A model generated the notes under the pieces. That model did no database searches, had not been told where the DNA came from, and saw only the letters and a list, made by a program, of their open reading frames with translations. Shown piece after piece: positions 45,883 through 61,069 of a stretch of DNA of 64,000 bases (positions within the stretch are counted from its first letter, which is position 1; each line of letters begins with the position of its first letter). A program made the position numbers and the translations under genes. Source of the DNA: Octopus vulgaris. Its lineage: Eukaryota. The stretch spans positions 130,820,001-130,884,000 of the forward strand of contig OX597819.1 of NCBI GenBank assembly GCA_951406725.2, given 5' to 3'.

Positions 45883-46281
45883 CTAGCAGTATCACCCGGC
45901 GTTGCTCGGGTTTGTAAGGGAAATAACTATATAAGCATTTTTAGAGAGTTATAGCCCAAAAATAGCAAAAAAATGCATTAAAATGGAAAAAATGATGGTA
46001 AATTTTTTTTTAAATCGTTGACTCATCGTAGACATTTTTAGAGAGTTACTTCCCTTATATAATAGCGAAAAAAATGCATTAAAATGGAAAAAATGATGGT
46101 AAATTTTTTTTTTTAATCGTAGACTCATCGTAGACGCGCGCTAATACCCAGAAGGGCTCGATATGAGTCACGACTATAAGATATCCGGTTTTGGTTAAAC
46201 TGCACCGCAAAATGTGGGAGTAGTTAGGAATCTAAATCGTAGGAGACAGACAGCACACAACATCTCTTTTATATATAAAGA
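45883..46281 (-). mobile_element. non-autonomous Helitron
   Basis: Minus strand A|TC start; 3' hairpin CCCGAGCAACGCCGGG then CTAG|T; internal duplication of roughly 100 bp. Confidence 0.85.
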
Positions 46282-46775
46282 TTATCAACTCTTGTTTTAT
46301 ATTTTCTCCATAAGAAATCATTTTATTCTTTCTGACCAAACGCCAAACAATAATGAGAGGGCTTTAACGTGACCGCTACATTGGTTAGACATAGCAACTA
46401 AGTTTCCCTTCAAATCACGCCCTGCCGTCTTTAGAAAGGATGCATTGAATAATGTAACCCAGGACCCCCTAAAAATAAGAACAGACGGAAGGGTCACGGC
46501 TGAAATATCTTTGAAGATAGATCTGCTCAATCAGATTTGACTGAACAACAACAACAACAAAACAAGTAAGTTTGTTGGTGAAATGGGCCCCTCTAATATT
46601 TCAGTCCCCAATTCAGACTACGGTACTGGTACTGTTTCCCAAATTTCATTCCGAGGATCTTCTGGATTACATGAAAAAAAAAATCTTAGGTTCAGCAAGA
46701 TGTCTTTCGATAATCTTAATAAAAACTTATTCTTAAAAAAAATAGTATTCGCCATTTTCAAAATAAGTTACGTTG

Positions 46776-46830
<55 letters not shown>

Positions 46831-46834
<4 letters not shown>

Positions 46835-47000
46835 AAAAAACATGTAATAAATACATAAACAAACGGAAAACAGACACAGAAGGTAGTCAAATCCTCATCA
46901 GTTATCGGCCAGGTCTAACTCCTTGGCCGATAACTGATGACGATTTCATGACCTATGTCTGTTTCCCGTTTGTTTGGGCATTTATTATGTGTTTTTTAAC
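46831..47000. repeat. imperfect 170-bp palindrome between (GT)n and (TAT)n; related to 21715-21812
   Basis: TCATCAGTTATCGGCCA / TGGCCGATAACTGATGA core arms. Confidence 0.7.
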
Positions 47001-47090
<90 letters not shown>

Positions 47091-47171
47091 GCGAGCTGGC
47101 AGATTATCGATAGCACCCGGAATTAAAATTATTAGCGGCATTTCGTCCGTCTTTACGTTCTGGGTTCAAAC

Positions 47172-47241
<70 letters not shown>

Positions 47242-47263
47242 ATTATTATCATTATTATTATTA

Positions 47264-47297
<34 letters not shown>

Positions 47298-47334
47298 CAT
47301 CATCACCATCATCATCATCATCATTATATATATA

Positions 47335-47369
<35 letters not shown>

Positions 47370-47407
47370 CGCATATATACATATATGTATATGTACATAC
47401 CTACATA

Positions 47408-47474
<67 letters not shown>

Positions 47475-47529
47475 TATATTATTATATGATTGAAAGCCAC
47501 GCATTCATTTCCAAGTAAGTTTATCTTAT

Positions 47530-47580
<51 letters not shown>

Positions 47581-48220
47581 TGTATATATGTGGGTATATA
47601 TATGTATATGTATATAATAAATAATAAATAATATATATATATATATGCATATATACATACATATATGTATATACCTACATATACATATGTATACATACAT
47701 GCATATATGTGTACAGGACGTCAAAAAACGTGAACAAAATGAGAAACGAGAACATAAAACCAAAAATATGGAAAACAAACTTTTTTTCGAACAACGGAAG
47801 AAACAAATAGAGAAACGAGACAGGCAACATAAAGAACATTCCCTTCATCAGTTGTCCCCTGTTTTATTTACTCCGCGTTTCGAACGTAGGGACAAGACGC
47901 GTCTTCGTTAAAACAGTCGTTCCCGCAAAGCAAATTTTTTTAAATTTGGGATTTGCGGAGGGTTAAAGTGGCGACAAAAACAGGACTGTGAGAACAAAAC
48001 AGTAAAAAGAAACGGTAGGGGTTGGTGGCGGTCCCTGCTGTACTCTTTCGCCACAACTTTCTCTCACACTTTCTTCTGTTGGCCTGCTCGCTTAGCCAGC
48101 GGGGTGGCGTCATTCGAAAGCTAAAACAATGCGAACGCATTGTGACCAGCGATGTGTAACAACATCTGATGGTCTGGTCGGTCACGTGATCACGTGATAA
48201 TATATTTGTATGTATGTATG

Positions 48221-48254
<34 letters not shown>

Positions 48255-48264
48255 TGTATGTATG

Positions 48265-48300
<36 letters not shown>

Positions 48301-48409
48301 TGTATGTATGTATGTATGTATATGTATATATTATGCAATATGTATATATATTTGCGTGTGTATATACATACATATATATTATCACGTGATCACGTGACAT
48401 ATATATACC

Positions 48410-48445
<36 letters not shown>

Positions 48446-48781
48446 CAGTTAACTCTTCCAAAAGATTCTAGTATTTAGATGAACTTGAACGCGTACGCAT
48501 TCATCTGCTCTGCCCCAAAATTTGAGACAAGACGTTCGCCGTAGAACACGAACGCAAGACATGGGTTCACCGGTTTTTGTCAATATTCCTCTCATCCTCC
48601 GGGCCTTTTCGCTCGCCATTATCGGTCGGTTTATTCGTCGCCTTTTATAAACCGCATTCATTCACCTTAACGGTTATCTTTAATCAATATCATCAAACAC
48701 TTACGTGTGTTTGATTTGGCTTACTTTTTCTATGAATCAATTAGAAATCTTCAAATACGACCAAAAAGATAGGTATATAGA

Positions 48782-48817
<36 letters not shown>

Positions 48818-49494
48818 TGCTTGATATATTGATAGCCATTTTTGCTTTTGTTTGTTTTCTTTAGTTTTTTTGTGGTGGTGGTGGAGGTGGAGGGGGGTCG
48901 TTGTAGTCATCGTCGTCGTCGTTGGTAATCGAATAATGTTTATTATTCACTATCTGATATCGAATAATGATAAACATGAAAACAATACAAGTAGCAATAA
49001 GCTTTCATCTCTCTCTCCCTTCCTCCACCCCATAATAATAGTTTGATTAAAGATATTTAAGAATATGATGGTGGTGGTGGTGGTGGTGGTGGTCGAGGAG
49101 GAGGAGGAGATGATCATCATCATCATGCTCATAATGAAGAAGAAGAAGAAGACGGAAAAAGAAGAAGAAAAAGAAGAAGAAGAAGAAGAAGAAGAAGAAG
49201 GAGGAGGAGGAGGAGAAGGAGGAGAAGGAGGAGAAGGAGGAGAAGAAGAAGAAGAAGAAGAAGAAGAAGAAGAAGAAGAAGAAGAAGAAGAAGAAGAAGA
49301 AGAAGAAGAAGATCATCATCATCGCTAGACGTGTATACTGATAGGAGTGTAATCTGTTTGATGGCAAAGTATAAATGAACAAGGAAACCAATCAGGAATG
49401 TTTTGTCAGTTCGCTCACTGTAAAATAGGGAGGAAGACAAGGGGAGAGACAGACAGACAGACAGACAGGCAGACAGACAGACAGACAGGCAGAC

Positions 49495-49550
<56 letters not shown>

Positions 49551-50317
49551 GCTGGTGTGTTAATGTCCCCGTAAACTTAGCAGTTCGGCAAAAGGGACCG
49601 ATTGAATAAGTACTAGGCTTACAAAGAATAAGTCGGTTTGTTCGACTAAAGGCGGTGCTCCAGCTTGGCCGCAGTCAAATGACTGAAACAAATAAAAGAA
49701 TATATAAAGCAGTATTATCGCCAAACAATATTGAAGAATCGGCGAATTTTGTGTTAGTTAAACTATGTTTGCGACATATTTCCACTGCTAAAGACAAGTA
49801 CATTGTAGTGACTGTGGAGAAAAGAATTCTCTCTTATGGCAAAAGATGTAATAACAACCTATCTGTCTAGTGCTGCCCCCTGTCGAATTCCCAGATACTG
49901 CTTTTCTTGCTTTTAGCTGTGATGAATGGGAAATATTGAAGGGAGGTAACTCTGGACAGATTTAAAGTCGTAGCTTTAAAACACAGTCAACAGCATTGAC
50001 TGAGTTGCGACACATTTCGACTCCCGAAAGGAAAATGAAACTGCGTCAGGCAGTCAGGGAAAGAAAAAATCCTTTCTTATGGTAAAAAAAAGTCAGTGAT
50101 TTTAGGGTTAGTGTTAAAAATGTATATAGTCAGTAAGAAGAACAAAAAAAGAAAAGAAACAAACAAACAAGGAAGGAAAGAAAGAAGGAAGGGAGGAAGG
50201 GAGGAAGGAAGAAAGAAAAAAAACAAACAAACAAACAAAGAAAGAAGGGAGGAAAGAAAGAAAGAAGGGAGGCAGGCAGGCAGGAAGGAAGGAAAGAAAG
50301 AAGGAAAGAAGGAAGGA

Positions 50318-50385
<68 letters not shown>

Positions 50386-50568
50386 GAGAAACGCAACACA
50401 CTAATAGAGACGAAAGCATTTTTTTAGACAGAAATACTTAGTGACTGCAACTTGGAAGTTTAGCCAGACCCATTCGATAGTAAGGTTCCTGTTTAATGTG
50501 CCATTGCTGGGAAAGTTCGCAGCAGCCATAGTCACTCTGTATTCTTATCTATAGATAATTTCTGTGCA

Positions 50569-50646
<78 letters not shown>

Positions 50647-50879
50647 TACGTATAAACATCATAGTGTACTTTCCATAGCTCCTCTTGTATACCAGCTCAA
50701 TAATTATGTTGAGCAATGAACAGCAATTTGAACCAATTACAGTGAAATGCAATAAGGCCTTGATAGGAGTTTGGTTCGTTCTGTCCCTCCTGTTTGAAAC
50801 TTTGTCTGGCTATCAGATGTTGAGGTTTGGTGGTGCAAACAGGAAAATAGATATCAAAACAAGAGCGAATAAATGTTTT

Positions 50880-51760
50880 TATGCATTGTTATTATAATTT
50901 TGTGTTTGACTTTTGCTTTGCATTTGTACAAGTTGGCTCCAAGTCTCGTCCAGAGACCTCAAGAGGCAACGAGTTAGAAGTTCATGTCGGTGTTATACCT
51001 AGGGTGCCATATATTTGGTTTTGTACATAGTGTTGTTCTAGAGAATGTTTAAGAAACCATAAGAAAATTACGTTCGTTTTAAAATTTGAGATTACATAGA
51101 AAGTATTTTGCGTAGCATATGAGCAGTTCCCATGAGCACTATCTTTTGAATTTCTGCCATTTTGGGGTTTCCTGATATCTGAGCTAGATAGCAATCAGCC
51201 CCTTTTGCTATCATTCCCATGGCACCTATGACAACAGGTATTGTTTTAGTCTTCAGGTTCCACATTTTGCTAATTTCTATTTTAAGATCTTTATACTTGC
51301 TCAGTTTCTGGTAGGTCTTGACAAATACGCTTATATCGATTGGGACAGTCATATCAATGAGGTGGCATGATTTTTGTCTGAAGTCTTTCAATATAACGTC
51401 TGGCCTATTTGCATCTGTCAGTTTGAATGGTGAAGTTCCAGAGGAGTTAGATGTGATCATTTTCAAGCACTGGAAGTGGTTATTATCATGGGGCAGGTCC
51501 AAGTTTTTGCAAATTACCCAGTGAATATATTGTGCAGCTCTATCATGCCTGTTGAGATACTCTTTAGGTGCAAGAAGACTGCACTTGGAGACAACATGAT
51601 CAATGGTCTCATTTTGTTGTTGACATACACGACATATTGGGAAGCTACCGTTCTTTAATATATTGGCCTGGTAGTTTCTTGTAGGTAAGCATTGATCTTG
51701 GGCTGCTTTGATAAATCCCTCTGTTTCTAATTTTAAGCCAGAAGCCATTAGTCATTGATG
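50880..51760 (-). mobile_element. R4/Dong-type retrotransposon 3' fragment
   Basis: AAQDQCL, CRVC...ETIDHVVSKC, RHD, NRPDVIL, K.SKY.DL, IQKIVLMGTAHMLRKILS; second short copy at ~53460-53760. Confidence 0.9.
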
Positions 51761-52089
51761 GGTAAGGGTTTTGTCAACATCGACACTATTAGCTCTCTTT
51801 GGGTATTTGTTTTTGTTATTATTGTTGTTGGTGGTGGTGTTGGTGTTGGTGTTGTCGTTGTTATTAAAGTGATGCGCTGGGCTGAATCATTAGTACACAA
51901 TGCGAAATGTTTAGTAGTATTTCGTCTGTCTTCACGTTCTGAGTTCAAATCCCACGAGGTCGACTTTGCCTTTCATCCCTTCGAAGTCAATAAAATAAGT
52001 ACCAGTTGAGTACTGGAATCGAAGTAATCGATTATCCCACTCCCCCAAAGTTCAGGTTTTGTACCTATAATGGAAAGGAATATTATGAC

Positions 52090-53230
52090 TATTCTTACCC
52101 AGAAATGGGCCGAGAGAAAGCTATCCCTGAAAGGTCGAGCACAAGTGGTTAACGTGTATATTGCGTCCGTCATCTACTATCATTTGACCGTCGTGCCATG
52201 TCCTGACTACCGTCTGATTACACTGGAGCGTATACTCTTCTGCTTCTTGTGGGGGGGACGCGTCCCAATGGTCGGGCTGTCTATCTGCTGTCAACCCCGC
52301 TGAGTGGTGGCCTGAGCATGCCGTGGTTGATGATTTGCATACATTGCGCTGAGGCTAAATATCCAGTGCTTCCTTGACGTTGAACAGGTGTGGTCGCCGT
52401 TCACCAGACACGTACTTCCGCAGCTAGTTTGTTTAACAGATCTGAAGTCTTAGGTAAAACAGAGACCAGGGGTGGGGGAGCATTTGGAAAGTGGAATGTC
52501 TTCAAGCGCTCACAGGCCTCATCCAATCGGACACTGCAATAGGTGGAACGTCCACTTTAGCTTTTTAATGAGGATTAGTGGGGGAAAGGCCCGACGCCGT
52601 TCTTGGGTGTCGAAGAAGATCAACTAGCCGCTCTTTTCTGGAGAACTTTTAGCCCGGGACCGACGGTAATTTCCAAAAATCTCTGGCTTAGCATTGCTAC
52701 CGGGGAATCTGGCGTGTACGAGATAAACTTTAAAGACACGGAAGTGCCGTCAGCCGAGCATGTCCCAGATGCGCGCCAACGACAAGACGATCCTGCATGT
52801 ACTCGTCCAGTGTGCGGACATTGATGACATGTGGGTTTATGTAGAACATCTGCTGTCACATGTGGGACGGATCCGGCTGTCAACTAAATCCATCGTGAAG
52901 ATCGCCCCGCCGCCTTTCTTTAAGCGAGAAGGAAAGGTTGTGTTTATATGCCCGGTGGCCATGACAAAAGAGGTTGTACGGTGGACGAGGTTGAAGGGGC
53001 TGAATGGCAAACACTTTTCTCTTTGGTCAATCCCTGTTCAACTTCTTCACGTTTCACTTGAAATGGAAAATAAGGGCAGAGAGGAAAGTGTTATCTTCTC
53101 CCCAGATTGCTGAAAGGCGGATGAAAGCAGCGAGAATGGTGCGGGTGAACGGGCCTGTAGTTGAAAAAAAAAGAAAGGAAAAGGGCACCTGCTCCAAAAG
53201 TCAGGGTACATGGGGGGGTTTTTTAAGGGG
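52090..53230 (+). mobile_element. Tx1/L1-clade LINE ORF2 C-terminal remnant
   Basis: WAERKLSLKGRAQVVN...FLWGG and decayed CPRC...TILHVLVQC finger. Confidence 0.8.
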
Positions 53231-53424
53231 CTTTTCCATCAGCAGCCTTCGAACGTCTCCTCCCTAATGAGGATCAAACATTGTTAATTTTTAAAATATT
53301 GTTGATCTTGTATACACGCAAAACTCTCACAACACACACATACACACACACACACATTCTTTGTTTTGTCCTGTACAGTCCATAATGTTTTTTCTTAAAG
53401 TAAACCCTTGTGGTTAATAAAGAA

Positions 53425-53461
<37 letters not shown>

Positions 53462-53758
53462 TGTTTGACTTTTGCTTTATATTTGTACAAGTTGGCTCCA
53501 AGTCTCACCCAGAGACCTCAAGAGACAACAGGGTTGGAAGTTCATGTTGTTGTTATGCCTAGTGTGCCATATATTTGGGGGGTGGGGATGTTGTACTAAT
53601 GAATGTCTAAAAAAAAAAAGTTTTTTTTTTTTTTTTTTTTTAAACCGAAAATTATGTTTGTTTTAAACCTTGAGATTACATAGAGAGTATTTTGCGTAGG
53701 ATATGAGCAGTTCCCATGAGCACTATCTTTTGAACTTCTGCCATTTTTGGGTTTCCTG

Positions 53759-53892
<134 letters not shown>

Positions 53893-54341
53893 GAGTGAGA
53901 GAGCAGTGCATGCCATCAAAGTGACACCGGGGGTAAAGTATACGAAGCCCAGTATACTCATCATGACTACCCGTCTGATAAGGGTACACCAGGCACATGC
54001 ATCACAACCATATGTGCACGACATGGTGATCACATATCAAGATAAACAGCACATGACCTTGCAGGTGGGGCCCAGTTAGAATTTTCTTCTGGTCGAGTAA
54101 CCCATCCTGCTCAAAAGGTCCCTGAATAAGGATTGTTTAAGGATGTTGAACGAACAACCCATGTTTCCAAAGGTGAATTATCCAAAGCTCCAAGAATTCC
54201 TTTCAACACACGGCTATGACACTCCCCCACTACTTCTGCTCGTGGTCAGAGATGCACATATCGTCAACCACTAAGGGACATGGTCAACTGGTTACGGTCA
54301 AACAACTGACAAGCAAATCTGTGGTATTGAGCAGAATATTT
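53893..54341 (-). repeat. non-coding insertion bounded by (TAA)n-like tracts, possibly Dong-mobilised
   Basis: Sharp boundaries against TTA repeats, adjacent to a Dong 3' fragment; single copy in window. Confidence 0.4.
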
Positions 54342-55207
54342 CATTATTATTATTGTTGTTGTTGTTGTTGTTCTTGATGTTGTTATTATAGACATACACA
54401 CACATATACGCACGGACACACACGGACACACACATTATATATACTGAGAGAGAGAGAGATTGTGATCTAGCCATTTGGAAGTTAAAGCAAACAAACACCA
54501 ACCATTATCCTCTTATACCCTGCGAGCGGGAAAGTGACGGTTCCTTCCTGTCCGCCATTTATAAATATTCTCGTAATTTGTGCGTCCGTTTGTTTGTTTG
54601 TTTTGGAGCCAGGAATGATTTCTTTCCATCTCTTTACTTTCTTCCTTTTTTTTTTTTGCTATTGATTTTCTTTTTCTTTTTCTTTTTTTTTTTTGCGGTA
54701 GTGACTTTACTTCCGAAACTTTGTGTCATATTACAATAATATGACTATTCCTTTTTCTTTCTTTCTTTTTTGCCCTTTATTTTCTTTTGCTGGTTTCAAA
54801 CGCCGGACATGCTGGAGCACCTCCTTCAAGGGTTTTAGTCAATAATTTCGTACGCAATATCTATTTTTATTGATCTCAGAAGGGAGTAATGCGAAAAGGA
54901 ACATAAACCCTGCGTAAACACAGACGATAAAGAAACGCCACAAGATACAACAAGGCATTTTCTCAGCTGTTCCAACGATTCTATCATTGAATTTCTAATC
55001 ATGAGATCGCGGGTTCGCACCTACCGCGTCGTGATTTGAGCATGTGTTTTCTACTAACACCGCTTTGGATACATCCCAAAGCCCTTCTAAGGGAAATTGG
55101 GTCGACAAAAAACTGCTGATGCACATCATCGGATGACTGGAGGTTGACTGGTGGTGGTGGTTATAGTTTTGGTTTGGGTAGTGGCAACAGTGACCGTTGT
55201 TGCTGTT

Positions 55208-55593
55208 GAGCGAACGGTCTTCGTCCCAGAGCTCGCAAGATCGCGCCTCTGTAGTGGGAGAAGTCCGAAAAGTGGTCCTTTGCTATTCGTAAGACCCGCA
55301 GAAGAGAAAGCAGGTCAACCCTCGACACCGAGAGCATCGACGGATGGATGAATGCGCATCCAGGCTCACCGGTTGCGTAGGAAGTCGGGGACAAGAAACA
55401 GGAAACAGGAAGAAAGAGTGAGAGAAAGTTGGAGCGAAAGAGTACAACAGGGATCGCCACCCCCACCTCCTGCCGGAGCCTCGTGGAGCTTTAGGTGTTT
55501 TCGCTCAATAGACAACGCCCGGTCTGGGAATCGAAACAGCGATCCTCCGACTGCGTGTCCGCTGCCCTAACCATTGGGTCATTGCGCCTCCAC
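55208..55593 (-). mobile_element. SINE family C
   Basis: Near-identical to 3323-3704. Confidence 0.85.
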
Positions 55594-55746
55594 TGATGAT
55601 GATGCTGAAGAAGGTGGTGACTATAGAAACAGTGGTGACGGCGACGACGATGATGACAACGACAATGATATCTAATATTACGATGATAACGATGATGATG
55701 ATGATGATGGTGATAATGATGATGACGATGAGTGATGATGATCAAG

Positions 55747-55801
<55 letters not shown>

Positions 55802-55955
55802 CCGTTACCATCATCATCATGGTGATGATCTTGACGACCGTACGTAAATCTGAAAGATGTTATAGGCACGGGCTTGTTTTCTGTCATATATATACAGACA
55901 TAGATAAATATATACATACACACCCATGCACACATATATATATGCATATATGTAA

Positions 55956-56016
<61 letters not shown>

Positions 56017-56091
56017 CTTATATATATATGCTAGCTTATGATGACCCGCTCTACGCGCGGGTAAGAGTGTGGTATATATATAAATGTATAC

Positions 56092-56145
<54 letters not shown>

Positions 56146-56697
56146 CAGATATATACACTTTGTATATATACATTATATATACATATTTATATATAGAACA
56201 CACACATATATAAATTAACCCAATAAATATCTTATTCATAATATTTGTTCTCATGATTGAGTTGTGGTGGTGGCGATGATAATTATCTCTATGAATGCAG
56301 ACAGACGTAGAGAGAGTGTGAAAGCGCTTTCGAAGGCGGGGAGGAGGGAGATATAGGACGCTGTGAAACGACGTTATAAAGAAAAAGTGAAGGGAAGGGA
56401 GGTAGACGCTGTGAAACGACGTTATAGATATAATGTGAAAGGAAGGGCGGAAAGAAAGTGAGTGATGGAAGAAGACAGATACATAAAAGAATGAGAGTAG
56501 ACTTGTCAAAGTGCGTTTTTGGTCCTAGCAATGACACCTTTTAAGATGGGGATTTCTAACCTAGCCCACTCGCATCCTCACCTCATTTTACATGTCCCTG
56601 TAAATTTTGGAGTTAATCCTACAGGATCTAGTGCCCTTTAACCCGTTCCAATACCAAAACATATAAATATGTATATGTGTATATATATATATATCTT

Positions 56698-56728
<31 letters not shown>

Positions 56729-56883
56729 ATATATATATACATACATACATATAACTATGTCTATGTATATACATATATATGTATATATGTATATATATAA
56801 ATGTATATATATGTATATACATATATATACATATATATATGTATATATATGTATATACATATATATGCATATATTTATATATG

Positions 56884-56914
<31 letters not shown>

Positions 56915-56932
56915 GGAGAAAGATATATATAT

Positions 56933-56993
<61 letters not shown>

Positions 56994-57002
56994 TACACAT
57001 AT

Positions 57003-57049
<47 letters not shown>

Positions 57050-57075
57050 TGAGTTATTGTCCCATTTTGTATTAT

Positions 57076-57113
<38 letters not shown>

Positions 57114-57145
57114 ATAGACAGACAGACAGACAGACAGATAGATAT

Positions 57146-57217
<72 letters not shown>

Positions 57218-58046
57218 AACATATGTATACTTGAGACCAATCGGAGCGGAACAAACTGTATTTATCCAAGGTATCCAACGGCAGATCGTGTGAAAAACGA
57301 TGAGATGGTCGGTCTGTTCGATTATCATTACCAATGTTTACCTGTGTAAACACCTGCTTATACACCGTACCCAAATACTGTATTGACGTCTTCGGTAATA
57401 GGTTATTGAATTGTCACTGGTGCGTGACGTGAACGACTTCACATATACACTAACACTTATATGTGCGTGTGTGTGTGTGTGTGTGTGTATACGTGTGTGT
57501 ATATACATGTATGCATATACGTGTGTGTGTGTGTGTGCGCGCGCGCGTGCGTTTGCGTGTGTGTGTGTGTATCTGTGTACCTTGATTTACGCACTGAAAG
57601 GCATTTACAAATGCGGGCGCGCACACACACACACACATAAATACATACATGTGTGTGTATGTATGTATGTATGTATGTATGTATGTATGCATGTATGTAT
57701 GTGTGTACGTATGCATGTATGTATGTGTGTACAAAGTTTCTGGGTCAGCGCTTACCATATCATATATATATGTGTGTGTGTATATACCTATATATGCATA
57801 TGTATACATTGATGTATGCGTATATATATTCATTTATTCTTTTATTTGTTTCAGTCATTTCACTGCGGCCATGCTGGAGCACCGTCTGTAGTCGAACAAA
57901 TCGACCCCAGTCTTTGTAAGACTAGTACTTATTCTATCGGTCAATTTTACCGAACCGCTAAGTTACAGGGACGTTGGCACATCACCATCGGTTGTCAAGC
58001 GATGGTGGGGGACAAACGCAGACACACAAACACTCATATATACACC

Positions 58047-58444
58047 TCTATATATATAAAACTGAGAATGTGTGTCTGTTTGTCTAACTGTGTGTTTCTC
58101 TAAAACTTGAGAACTACACAACCAATTTCATTCAAATTTTACACATGCCTTACTTTTTTTACACATTTTAACTTTTTCCCTAGGGCGACCCTACAGCAAT
58201 ATCATATCTTCTCCACTATTTCAGTATTACATGTTAAAAGTGAAACAAAAACATCTCTCTATTGTAATGCAGACATTCACTTTAATACTGATAGTATTAA
58301 AGTGAAAGTATTATATAACAGAGATGAGTCATTAATAGTGGACATCCATTTTGCTAGAAGAAGATCCGCTATGGTCTTATATGCTACACCACTGGTTTTC
58401 AATTCATATTAATCAAATTAATATTCAATTTCTCACCCTTATTA

Positions 58445-58502
<58 letters not shown>

Positions 58503-58928
58503 TGTGTGTGTGTGTATTAGCAATTCGTATAAAATTGCATCAATGACTTGAACTTGAAAAAGTGGTTTCGCATAAATGGGATAAATTAAAAAGGTTTGTT
58601 GTTATTATTATTACTGTTTGACTATTGTAATCACATTTGTTAGTTCCTCATCAGGGAAACGTTGTTGTATTGCATTTGTTAAATAATTGTAAACCGTAAC
58701 CCTTCCCCTTTCGGAGAAGGGGCTTTGGTTATTGTTTAAAAATTGAATTGTGTCCCTGTTTGGGGAAATTGACAATATTTTCACCGTCTTTACGGAAGCA
58801 TTTTTGTTAAAATGCCTTCGATAGAAGAAAGTCCAAAAATGAATTTCACTGCAGCCGTACACTTCTATACAAATGGGAAGACAAGATCCAATTGATCGAA
58901 ATTGCAAGAGACGGGCCTACAATTCCAG
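58047..58928 (+). mobile_element. Helitron-like element, decayed
   Basis: TCTATATATATAAAA...TGTGTGTCTG 5' end similar to the other Helitrons here; 3' end uncertain. Confidence 0.45.
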
Positions 58929-59037
58929 TCTGTTATATATTTTGAGTATTGTTGTCACTAGCGATATCAAGATATAACTTGGACTCCACCTGTACTTGCT
59001 TGCAATGATTCATTCCTGAGAGTATGAGACCTTCGGG

Positions 59038-59170
59038 CTATTTGACGTTGGGGAAGTTGAAATCACCCATAAGAAATATGGTCACGTGGTGTTCCAGATT
59101 TATGAGGATTTCTTTCATTCTTGTGAGGCAATCTTCAAACTTGCCTATGTGATTTGGAGCGTCCGGTGGG

Positions 59171-59172
<2 letters not shown>
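59038..59172 (-). pseudogene. LINE APE endonuclease fragment
   Basis: PPDA...IFLMGDFNFPNVK. Confidence 0.65.
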
Positions 59173-59239
<67 letters not shown>

Positions 59240-59460
59240 TATATATATACAGATATACATTCAACAATATAGGACATTCGACTCACTAGAAAGAGCAGCC
59301 AAAACTCATACCGCTAAGTAGTTGTAATTCTGAAATAGAAAGAGAAATAAAAACGTTTACCCCTTTCATCTCTGTTTCAAAATTAGCCCAAAAATCATTA
59401 ATTAATAAATATAAGGGTAGCAAAAATTCTAGAAAATTCTCTGTATATATAAATATATAC

Positions 59461-59534
<74 letters not shown>

Positions 59535-59797
59535 CAATTAAGGACAACTACTTAATAAGGAAAACTTAACAAGAAATTGTCAGGTAGATAGCGTGAAAAC
59601 CTCATAAGAGAAAAAATTTCGAAAATAATTATTTCTTATTGAACATATTAATTTATATATAGAGGGCATTATACATACATGCCAGATGGCATTATACATA
59701 CATGCCACACGCTAAGAGGGACAATTAGTCATTTCTACCAAAAATATTACTAATCCCACCGAATGCAATTTTTCAAAGTAAGACATTTAAAAAATAT

Positions 59798-59845
59798 AGA
59801 CCTGTATCACCGTGATTTCATACTTACGTATTCATCAGCAGGCCT
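59798..59845 (-). ncRNA. mirror copy of the hammerhead at 60579-60626
   Basis: Reverse complement of 60579-60626. Confidence 0.9.
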
Positions 59846-60578
59846 GGATGTATCATAGATAAACGACCCTGCCTCGCTTAAGCCGATCAGCTAACTGATC
59901 AACATCAACGAAGCACATGGGTGAGTTTACATATATTACATCCTGAAAATGTCAGACTTTTACGAATTGCATTTCGGAAAAGGAAAAGTTTTTTCGGAAT
60001 AAAAATTTAGCAATTAAGGACAACTACTTAATAAGGAAAACTTAACAAGAAATTGTCAGGTAGATAGCGTGAAAACCTCATAAGAGAAAAAATTTCGAAA
60101 ATAATTATTTCTTATTGAACATATTAATTTATATATAGAGGGCATTATACATACATGCAAGATGTCTTACTTTGAAAAATTGCATTCGGTGGGATTAGTA
60201 ATATTTTTGGTAGAAATGACTAATTGTCCCTCTTAGCGTGTGGCATGTATGTATAATGCCATCTGGCATGTATGTATAATGCCCTCTATATATAAATTAA
60301 TATGTTCAATAAGAAATAATTATTTTCGAAATTTTTTCTCTTATGAGGTTTTCACGCTATCTACCTGACAATTTCTTGTTAAGTTTTCCTTATTAAGTAG
60401 TTGTCCTTAATTGCTAAATTTTTATTCCGAAAAAACTTTTCCTTTCCCGAAATGCAATTCGTAAAAGTCTGACATTTACAGGATGTAATATATGTAAACT
60501 CACCCATGTGCTTCGTTGATGTTGATCAGTTAGCTGATCGGCTTAAGCGAGGCAGGGTCGTTTATCTATGATACATCC

Positions 60579-60626
60579 AGGCCTGCTGATGAATACGTAA
60601 GTATGAAATCACGGTGATACAGGTCT
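60579..60626 (+). ncRNA. type I hammerhead ribozyme, canonical core
   Basis: AGGCCTG-CTGATGA-ATACgtaaGTAT-GAAA-TCACgGTGA-TA-CAGGTCT. Confidence 0.9.
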
Positions 60627-60761
60627 ATATTTTTTAAATGTCTTACTTTGAAAAATTGCATTCGGTGGGATTAGTAATATTTTTGGTAGAAATGACTAAT
60701 TGTCCCTCTTAGCGTGTGGCATGTATGTATAATGCCATCTGGCATGTATGTATAATGCCCC

Positions 60762-60905
<144 letters not shown>

Positions 60906-60939
60906 TATATTATACAGATATATATACAGATATATATAC

Positions 60940-60982
<43 letters not shown>

Positions 60983-61029
60983 AACGTATATATATATATA
61001 CAGATGTATATATATATATATATATATAT

Positions 61030-61069
<40 letters not shown>

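Noticed and set aside
48182-48397. Duplicated palindrome TCACGTGATCACGTGA (double E-box)
   Set aside because: Sits at a repeat 3' end flanking a microsatellite; no evidence of a regulatory role
58640-58660. CTGATGAG on the minus strand
   Set aside because: No downstream GAAA or stems
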